Source of the DNA: Minisyncoccota bacterium | Lineage (GTDB): Bacteria; Patescibacteriota; Microgenomatia; Levybacterales; UBA12049 | Direction: 5' to 3' | DNA: 33,169 nucleotides | Assembly: GCA_025449795.1 (NCBI GenBank) | Contig: JANWIQ010000059.1 | Location: forward strand, 1 to 33,169 | Part shown: one piece after another, positions 16,586-24,761 of the stretch | Numbering within the stretch: position 1 is the stretch's first letter | Layout of the letters: each line of letters begins with the position of its first letter | The notes under the pieces: model-generated | Told to the model about the DNA's origin: nothing | Database searches by the model: none | The model's input: only the letters and a program-made list of their open reading frames with translations | Made by a program: the position numbers and the translations under genes

Positions 16586-17172
16586 CTAAAAGTTCTTTAG
16601 AAATTCAATAAGAGGTTTTCTATACATAGTTAATGCAATAGTGATACTTAGAGTATGAACCGGATATGGTATGGTAATACTTCGTACACCAGGTATGCTC
16701 ATCGTAGAGAGAGGGACAACGCCATCAAAAATGCTTGAGTGGGTAGTAAGCATTTTAGCTTTATCTGATAGGCTAAATGAGGACAATAACTTTTCGCATG
16801 CAAGCACAGAATCTCTAAATGTAGGATAGCCAAAAGTAGCAAGAAAAAGAAGTGGGAAGACTCTCTTACCTTTTAGCAGTCTAGAGGAGATAGTGATAAT
16901 CTTATAGATTTTGTCTTTCCTGAGCACATAGGCATTTAGAATAAGACTCCCACCAGCACTGGTTCCCAAAAGAGAAACTTTCTTTCCATTTTTTGTTAAA
17001 GAATCAATATTTTAATAAGACCTGTAAGTTTGGTTGGAAATTGTTCTTTCTTTTCTTGCCATGGTGCAGTATGCAAATGGACTGTAATGCCTTCTTTTTC
17101 CCAGAGGCGAGCCATGTAGGTAATATTGTTATGATAGTCTCCTAAGCCTGGAACGAAGATAACTGTATACAT
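16586..17172 (-). pseudogene. Alpha/beta-hydrolase (serine esterase-like) gene with a 1-nt frameshift
   Basis: The N-terminal frame runs from ATG 17172 (MYTVIFVPGLGDYHNNITYMARLWEKEGITVHLH...TKLTGLIK) and stops at 16996-16998. The reading continues in another frame as NIDSLTKNGKKVSLLGTSAGGSL (nucleophile elbow G-x-S-x-G) down to 16586. The two frames join if one base is added to the T4 run at 17010-17013. Confidence 0.7.
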
Positions 17173-17237
17173 AAGAGATATTATATCTTATTATCTACTG
17201 TGTAATTGCCCACCAAAGAAATCTTGCCTTAACTCCA

Positions 17238-17251
17238 GTGCTACGTAGCAC
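17238..17251. repeat. Perfect 14-bp palindrome GTGCTACGTAGCAC
   Basis: Read directly from the sequence. It is centred on TACGTA, in the gap between the atpC stop and the hydrolase start. Confidence 0.9.
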
Positions 17252-17264
17252 TATACTTTTGCTT

Positions 17265-17292
17265 AAGTATCATACTACGTAGTATGATACTT
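17265..17292. repeat. Perfect 28-bp palindrome AAGTATCATACTACGTAGTATGATACTT
   Basis: Read directly from the sequence. It is also centred on TACGTA. A third TACGTA lies at 17301-17306. Confidence 0.9.
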
Positions 17293-17392
17293 GGCATTAT
17301 TACGTATAACATATATACCCGAGGTGTCCTATCTATTCCACCTCCGAGGTGAAAAATTGAAGGAATATACGTGATTGAACAGAGCGGGAGCT

Positions 17393-17797
17393 TTAGTGCT
17401 TGATGCGTTGGGAGAGGCGTAACTCGAGGACGCTTCTTCGAATTTCGTCTTGCAGCATGTCCAAGTCTTGTTGGGATGTCTTGTCCTTCATTGCCTTTTC
17501 TGCCCTTTTGATTGCTTCTTCTGCTTCATGAGCTGAAGCTTCTCTGGCATGGAGTGCAAAGTCTGCAAGAATCGTGACAGATTTTTCCGTCACTTCTATA
17601 AAGCCGCCATCTATTGCCAGGGTTTCTTCTTTACCATTATGTTTTATCACAACAATACCTGGTGCTACCTGGGTAACAAGTGGTACGTGTTGGGGGAGAA
17701 TTGCTCATTCTCCGGTAGTTGTGGGAACAACAACTTCATCAGCTTCCTGGTCTATGAGGGTTTCTTCTGGAGTAATAATTTGGATATGAAGTGACAT
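17393..17797 (-). CDS. atpC: F1 ATP synthase epsilon subunit, interrupted by an in-frame TGA at codon 31
   Basis: ATG 17795-17797 gives MSLHIQIITPEETLIDQEADEVVVPTTTGE, then TGA (17705-17707), then the same frame gives AILPQHVPLVTQVAPGIVVIKHNGKEE... through to 17393. The joined 134-residue sequence matches the epsilon pattern (GE-x-[AG]-I-L-P-x-H-x-P-L). The ORF track only reports the 85-aa tail from GTG 17650. Confidence 0.8.
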
Positions 17798-17807
17798 ACA
17801 TGTTTTT

Positions 17808-17905
17808 CGGGGTCCTGCCGTCTCGTTCATCCCGCAGATGCTCCGTTCTGCGCCTTCGGCTAAAGAACGTGCGCGTCAGCAGGAGCCCTTCACTTGCGTC
17901 GCCCC
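17808..17905. repeat. GC-rich structured repeat (copy X2) inserted between atpD and atpC
   Basis: Starts with CGGGGTCCTGCC (17808-17819) and contains CCTTCGG and CTTGCGTCGCCCC blocks shared with 14239-14328. The outer arms GGGTCCTGCCGTC and GTCAGCAGGAGCCC are imperfectly complementary, and the inner pair CGTTCT/AGAACG is complementary. Confidence 0.6.
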
Positions 17906-17915
17906 TTATATATTT

Positions 17916-19367
<1,452 letters not shown>

Positions 19368-19544
19368 TCAGTCTGCTGTCCGCTTTTTCAAACATGACGT
19401 TCGGAAGCAGCCTCACTATATGTAATTTGCTTACCGTTTTTCTTTTTGTTACTGAGTAAGTCTTTGTACAAGCAAATTCCAAATCAGTTTGAAAAAGACT
19501 TTCATCAGACTGTTCTCTCCATGAAAGTTTCATCTTATATGTAT

Positions 19545-20402
19545 TTATTCGTTAGTCAGTGCTATGCTTGCACTACTAATATCCAGAATCTCTTTCGTAA
19601 TCTTCTCTTGTCTTGCCTTATTATATAAGAGCTGCAATTCAGATACAATATCCTTTGCATTATTGGTTGCATTTTGCATAGCAATCATTTGGGCGGCATT
19701 ATAGGAGGCATAACTTTCTAAAAATTGTTGGAAAAGGACCATTTCAATGTATCTCTTGAGAATTCCCGGTAACAGGTCTGCTTTGGACGGTTCGTATAAT
19801 GTGTCTGAGCTAAGCTTTTTCACTTCTTCGGTCTGTATTACCGGAAGTAAATCAATGGTGACAGCGGTTTGGGAAAACACGGTGCCAAAATGCGTTGCAA
19901 CAATTTTTACCATATCTACATTTTCTTCCAAATATTGCTGCGTAATAATTTCAATGAGAGGAAGTACGTTTTGGAATAAGGGAAGCGTATTGCCAAAAGG
20001 GAATGAGGCAAGTAAATTTTTTCCTGCTGCGGCAAGGGGGCCTTGCAGCTTTTTTCCAACACTGATAAAAACGGCATTTGTATTTCTCACTTTTATGTAT
20101 TCCCGAATAAGATTGGTTACCATACCTCCACATAACCCTTTGTCTGGGCCAATAAAAACATACAAGGTTTTGCCAGATGTTTTTCTCTGCTGCATGTATG
20201 GATGTAATTCACTCGCTGTTGCATGATGTGGCGTGAGGTTAAATGTAACTTCGCTGAGCTTTTCCACAAATGGCCTGCTCGCGATCACGGCACTTTGTGC
20301 ACGTTTTAGCTTGCTTGCAGCAATCATTTGCATGGCACGGGTTGTTTTGGAAATGTTTTGTGCCGTCTTAATTCTTCGACGTAATGCTAGTGTATCTGCC
20401 AT
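19545..20402 (-). CDS. atpG: F1 ATP synthase gamma subunit
   Basis: 285 aa. N-terminal LRRRIKTAQNISKTTRAMQMIAASKLKRAQ and C-terminal ELQLLYNKARQEKITKEILDI are hallmark gamma termini. Confidence 0.95.
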   Translation of the reverse strand: MADTLALRRRIKTAQNISKTTRAMQMIAASKLKRAQSAVIASRPFVEKLSEVTFNLTPHHATASELHPYMQQRKTSGKTLYVFIGPDKGLCGGMVTNLIREYIKVRNTNAVFISVGKKLQGPLAAAGKNLLASFPFGNTLPLFQNVLPLIEIITQQYLEENVDMVKIVATHFGTVFSQTAVTIDLLPVIQTEEVKKLSSDTLYEPSKADLLPGILKRYIEMVLFQQFLESYASYNAAQMIAMQNATNNAKDIVSELQLLYNKARQEKITKEILDISSASIALTNE

Positions 20403-20511
20403 AAAACTTTTCTTTCAGAAAAGAAATCTCAAATCCCAAGTTTCAAGTAACAAGTAATTTGGAATTTGATATTTGTAATTTATTTGTATTTTGGGAATTG
20501 TGATTTGGAAT

Positions 20512-22047
20512 TTAGCTGAAAGACTTTTTAAATTGTTCTGTAACTTTTTTCAGCTGGGTAGTTACTTCATCAGTTACCTTTTTTCCTGTGGAGAGCGCTT
20601 CGATAAGTTTTTTGTCGTGTGTCTGCACATATTCGTGATATTCCTTTTCAAATCTTGTGACATCTTCTACTTTCACATCATCCATGAAACCATTGGTAAC
20701 TGCCCATATAGAGAGAATTTCCAACGCCTCGGAGAGTGGAGAATATTGTGGTTGCTTAAATACTTCATTGACTCGTTTTCCTCTTTCCAGTTGGGAAAGT
20801 GTTGCTGCATCCAATTCACTGCCAAATTGTGCAAATACTTGTAACTCACGAAATTGCGCATGGGCAAGCTTTACGCCGCCTGCAACAGATTTCATAGCAC
20901 CTGTCTGTGCTGCTCCTCCAACACGGGATACAGAAAGTCCTACGTCTACAGCCGGGCGAATACCGGAATTAAATAAATCACTCTTTAAGAAAATCTGTCC
21001 ATCAGTAATAGAAATAACATTGGTTGGAATGTATGCAGAAATATCATCTGCCTGGGTTTCGATAACAGGAAGTGCAGTAATAGACCCGCCACCCAATTTG
21101 TCGCTTAACCGAACTGCTCGCTCAAGAAGCCTGCTGTGGGCATAAAATACATCTCCGGGATATGCCTCGCGGCCTGCAGGCCTTTTAAGGACAAGACAAA
21201 TTTGTCTCCATGCCCATGCATGTTTGGTAAGGTCATCATAGACAATAAGCACGTCCTCACCTTTTTCCATAAAATACTCCGCAACGGCAACACCCGCATA
21301 GGGAGCCAGGTATTGGAGAGATACCGGGTCAGACGCATTTGCTGCGACCACAATGGTGTAGTCAAGTGCTCCAGTCTCTTTAAGTTTTTCTACAACTTGG
21401 GCAACGGTAGAATTTTTCTGTCCTATGGCAACATAAATACAGACAACACGCTTTGGGGCATCTTTACTTTTTTTCGCTTTGTCGTTGCCTTCTTCCTGGT
21501 TAATAATGGTATCAATGGCAATTGCTGTTTTGCCCAGGCCGCGGTCTCCAATAATAAGTTCTCGCTGTCCTCGTCCAATTGGAATAATAGCGTCAATCAC
21601 TTTAATGCCGGTCTTGAGTGCAGTATCAACAGGTTGGCGGTCTATTACACCTGCTGCAATTCTTTCAAGAAGCATGGGCGTACCTTTTTTAATAGTAGGG
21701 CCACCGTCTAAAGGAAGTCCAATTGGGTTAACTACTCTTCCAAGCAGGTCTTCCGAAGCATTAATTTGTAAAATATTACCAGTTGTCTTTACTGTATCTC
21801 CTTCTTTGAGGGCTGCAGATTTTCCTAAAAGTACAATAGAAACGGAATCTTCATCCAGGTTGAGGATCATGCCGCGGGTGCCATCTGCAAAAACAACCTC
21901 TTCTCCCATGACTGCTTTGGAAAGTCCCGACGCGACAATAATACTGTCACCTACTGTTTCGACATAACCAATATTTTGCACTTTTGCTCCGCCCTCAATG
22001 TGCATAAGTTTATTCTCAATCTTTTTAATAATATCGTCACTATTCAT
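20512..22047 (-). CDS. atpA: F1 ATP synthase alpha subunit
   Basis: 511 aa. Contains the P-loop GDRGLGKTAIA, VYVAIGQK, and the AYPGDVFYAHSRLLERA motif. Confidence 0.97.
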   Translation of the reverse strand: MNSDDIIKKIENKLMHIEGGAKVQNIGYVETVGDSIIVASGLSKAVMGEEVVFADGTRGMILNLDEDSVSIVLLGKSAALKEGDTVKTTGNILQINASEDLLGRVVNPIGLPLDGGPTIKKGTPMLLERIAAGVIDRQPVDTALKTGIKVIDAIIPIGRGQRELIIGDRGLGKTAIAIDTIINQEEGNDKAKKSKDAPKRVVCIYVAIGQKNSTVAQVVEKLKETGALDYTIVVAANASDPVSLQYLAPYAGVAVAEYFMEKGEDVLIVYDDLTKHAWAWRQICLVLKRPAGREAYPGDVFYAHSRLLERAVRLSDKLGGGSITALPVIETQADDISAYIPTNVISITDGQIFLKSDLFNSGIRPAVDVGLSVSRVGGAAQTGAMKSVAGGVKLAHAQFRELQVFAQFGSELDAATLSQLERGKRVNEVFKQPQYSPLSEALEILSIWAVTNGFMDDVKVEDVTRFEKEYHEYVQTHDKKLIEALSTGKKVTDEVTTQLKKVTEQFKKSFS

Positions 22048-22132
22048 AAATTAGTATGAAGGGATGAGTATAAAGTATAAAGGAATTTTTTGGTTTCCCT
22101 TAACTTAATACTAACTTCTTTATACTTGTTTT

Positions 22133-22495
22133 CTATTCTGAGTATTGTTGGTCTACTTCATCCAAAACAGTTTCCAGTTGGTCTCTTAAATTCATTTCAT
22201 ATACCATATCATTATCAACAAGTGTGACACCAAGCAAGAGTGATGGATCTTCGGTAAAGACGATTTCTTTTTTGGGAAATAGTTTCTCAAGATCTTTCTT
22301 ACTCGTATTATATACAGAAGTTTTCGGCATGGCAACAAAAAGCTTTTTTTGTTGTTCCATAAGCTTGAGAGCACGTAGGTATGCTTTTATGTCCTTTCTG
22401 TCAAGACGATTTGTAATTTCATCCACGCGTTGAGGATTTAATTTTTCTTTTTGATAACTTGCCAAAACAAGTTGTTGTAATAATCTTTTTGTCAT
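22133..22495 (-). CDS. atpH: Short ATP synthase delta (OSCP-like) subunit
   Basis: 120 aa, positioned between atpF and atpA. The C-terminal DPSLLLGVTLVDNDMVYEMNLRDQLE resembles the delta C-terminal pattern. The N-terminal domain is much shorter than usual. Confidence 0.6.
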   Translation of the reverse strand: MTKRLLQQLVLASYQKEKLNPQRVDEITNRLDRKDIKAYLRALKLMEQQKKLFVAMPKTSVYNTSKKDLEKLFPKKEIVFTEDPSLLLGVTLVDNDMVYEMNLRDQLETVLDEVDQQYSE

Positions 22496-22557
22496 ATGAT
22501 TTACTAGCTAGAATCTATTATTTAGAATTTACTATAATAACTAATAAATTCTTTATT

Positions 22558-23058
22558 CTAAATTCTTATTTGTTTTGTTGCCTTCTCTATTACTTCCTTT
22601 TGTTCTTTTTCACTAAAGAATCCTTTGAGCGATTTTTCAAGAACACGGACAGAGAGTCGGGTAACTTGGGAGGCGAGTTGTTGTTCTATCGAATGTGTTT
22701 GCTCTTCAATTTTCTTTTGTGCTTCGATAAGCATTTTTTCTACTCTGGTTTTCGTAGATTCCTCAGCATCTTGCAAAAGTATTTCTGCTTGCTTTTTTGC
22801 ATCTGCAATAATATTTTGTGCTTGCAGCTGAGCTTTTTTGAGAACCTCTTTTTCTCGTTCTTCAGTAGCTTCTAAAAGTTTTTTTGTTTCTTCAGCATTT
22901 TTTAGGCTTTCGGCAATGGTTTTTTTTCTATTTTCAAGAAGCTTTAGAATAGGTCCAAAAGCAAATCGTTTCAGAATATAGAGCACAATAAGGAAATTCA
23001 CCAGTTGTGCAATAAGTAAATACCCATTAATTCCAAAATTGTTTATTAAATCTTGCAT
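22558..23058 (-). CDS. atpF: Fo ATP synthase b subunit
   Basis: 166 aa with a single N-terminal TM helix (GYLLIAQLVNFLIVLYILKRFAFGPI) followed by a long charged helix. It occupies the canonical position after atpE. Confidence 0.85.
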   Translation of the reverse strand: MQDLINNFGINGYLLIAQLVNFLIVLYILKRFAFGPILKLLENRKKTIAESLKNAEETKKLLEATEEREKEVLKKAQLQAQNIIADAKKQAEILLQDAEESTKTRVEKMLIEAQKKIEEQTHSIEQQLASQVTRLSVRVLEKSLKGFFSEKEQKEVIEKATKQIRI

Positions 23059-23091
23059 AAATTCTTATGTATTACTTATTAGCGAGTTAAA

Positions 23092-23142
23092 GCGTTAACG
23101 AGTTGTGTCGGAAAATAATCCCTAACACGTTAACTCGTTAAC
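23092..23142. repeat. Inverted repeat / CGTTAAC motif cluster in the atpE-atpF spacer
   Basis: GTTAACGAGTT (23094-23104) and AACTCGTTAAC (23132-23142) are perfect 11-bp inverted repeats with a 27-nt spacer. CGTTAAC occurs three times (23093, 23128, 23136) and CGTTAAT once (23144). Confidence 0.8.
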
Positions 23143-23162
23143 CCGTTAATAAACAATCTCAA

Positions 23163-23375
<213 letters not shown>

Positions 23376-23462
23376 TTAGTATTCACCCCCCTTCGCCATC
23401 CGTAGCTTTAGCGTAGGATGGTTCTTCAGCATTAATTGTTTAATACTATCCATATATTATAA

Positions 23463-24209
23463 TCAATGGGTTTCGGAAGGGCTAGCCTCATCACTGTGAT
23501 GGGCTGTCATAAGAATACTCATAAAGCCCATAGTCAAAATTGCGAAAACCAATGCCTGGACTAGTGCCACAATTATCTCAAGCGCCATAAATGGCAATGG
23601 GAGAAGGAAAGCAAAAATTCCTGAGATAGTTGAAAGTACGACCTCTCCCGCAAATATATTACCAAAAAGTCGAAAAGAAAGCGAGATGATATTAGTAAAT
23701 ACAGATAGAAGTTCTAGGATACCCACAAAAAGAAAAATAGGATTCCATGAAAGATACCGAGCAATGTGGCCTTTTACCCCAACAGCACGTATTGCCAACA
23801 CTTGGGTTGCAACGGTAGCGACAAGTGCGAGCGCAAGGGTAGTATTAATATCGCTAGTCGCACTTCGCAGAAGCGGGATAGCATCTTCGCCTTTATGAAT
23901 AAAAATAGTGCCGAATCCAGGGAAAAGAGCAGTAATATTGGCTACCAGGATAATAGTAAAAAATCCCATAAACCATGGAAAGATTTTTTTTGCATTGTGT
24001 CCGGAAATTGACTCAGTAAGAGAATATAGTCCATCAATGACGTATTCTACTGCGTTTTGAAACATACCAGGAGTCTTCGTGAGGTTTTTGCTGAGTATGA
24101 TGACACCGCTGACAATAAGTACATCCACAATAGTGGTATGCAAAAGCGTGTTGGTAAAAGGGAGTGGGCCAACCTGAAAAAGAATTTCTGGTGCTAATGG
24201 CGCTGCCAT
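23463..24209 (-). CDS. atpB: Fo ATP synthase a subunit
   Basis: 248 aa and polytopic. Contains the signature LSFRLFGNIFAGE with the essential Arg. Confidence 0.95.
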   Translation of the reverse strand: MAAPLAPEILFQVGPLPFTNTLLHTTIVDVLIVSGVIILSKNLTKTPGMFQNAVEYVIDGLYSLTESISGHNAKKIFPWFMGFFTIILVANITALFPGFGTIFIHKGEDAIPLLRSATSDINTTLALALVATVATQVLAIRAVGVKGHIARYLSWNPIFLFVGILELLSVFTNIISLSFRLFGNIFAGEVVLSTISGIFAFLLPLPFMALEIIVALVQALVFAILTMGFMSILMTAHHSDEASPSETH

Positions 24210-24255
24210 AAAGGAATTTTATCAGTAATAGCTTGAATGCACAATATATAGAATT

Positions 24256-24687
24256 TTAGTGGAAGGTTCGTCGTGAAGTTCTTTTTTGGGCAGATTTTTC
24301 CATTCGCGGTGCATACTTTTCTGCATGAAGGAGTGCAGCAGCTGGTCCTTTTGTAAGATCGATAAGAGCTAATCGATCTGCGCGTTGTTGTGTAAGGTGC
24401 AGGATTTTAGTTTCTGCGTCGCCATTTTTTTCTCTCGTATTCACTCCTGCAAAGATATAGATATCCCATGCTGGGGTATATCCGGGGTGTAGTTCCACGA
24501 GGGCATGCCTTATATGCCTTCTTTGTTGCCGAAAAACATCTTGATAGAGCCCTTCCAAAGCGGCACCATCTGTAGTGATATAGTTTATCGATCCATCTCC
24601 CAATGGAGGAGATGGGGTTTCTCCAGGATGCATGGTACTCTTTTTACGGTAGTACATTTGTTTTAAAATTGTGTAAGAGTTTGTCAT
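24256..24687 (-). CDS. Hypothetical soluble protein, 143 aa, family not recognised
   Basis: ATG at 24685-24687. It has no TM helices and is basic at both termini. It ends 46 nt upstream of the atpB start, in the position where atpI is often found, and is divergent from the DnaE-like gene. Confidence 0.5.
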   Translation of the reverse strand: MTNSYTILKQMYYRKKSTMHPGETPSPPLGDGSINYITTDGAALEGLYQDVFRQQRRHIRHALVELHPGYTPAWDIYIFAGVNTREKNGDAETKILHLTQQRADRLALIDLTKGPAAALLHAEKYAPRMEKSAQKRTSRRTFH

Positions 24688-24723
24688 GTTCTTTCGATTC
24701 TTATATTGTTATTACCTATTATT

Positions 24724-24739
24724 CTGTCTCTCCTTACAG
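24724..24739. promoter_or_regulatory. CTGT-N8-ACAG palindrome (SOS-box-like) in the divergent promoter region
   Basis: TCTGTctctccttACAGA lies 22 nt upstream of ATG 24762. It has the form of the gammaproteobacterial LexA box, but the spacer is not AT-rich. Confidence 0.25.
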
Positions 24740-24761
24740 ACGCTGGGTATCGTTTGGTATC

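Noticed and set aside
17705-17707. Alternative genetic code (TGA as Gly or Trp, as in codes 25 or 4) to explain the atpC TGA.
   Set aside because: TGA clearly terminates at least two genes in this window, at 2161-2163 and 8639-8641, each overlapping or abutting the next start codon. No other conserved gene here contains an in-frame TGA.
17808-17905. X2 element as an SRP (4.5S) RNA. The termini GGGG.../...GGCAGGACCCC and an inner CCGAAGG loop are superficially similar.
   Set aside because: A related second copy exists at 14239-14328. The conserved SRP domain IV pattern (GGAA-type tetraloop flanked by the AGCA and GGA internal-loop residues) is not present, and the location inside the atp operon is atypical.
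24603-24761. A 53-codon N-terminal extension of the DnaE-like ORF (ATG 24603).
   Set aside because: It would overlap the 143-aa gene on the opposite strand by 85 nt. It encodes a C/S/Y/F-rich peptide with no counterpart in DnaE. Homology to the DnaE N-terminus begins right after ATG 24762.
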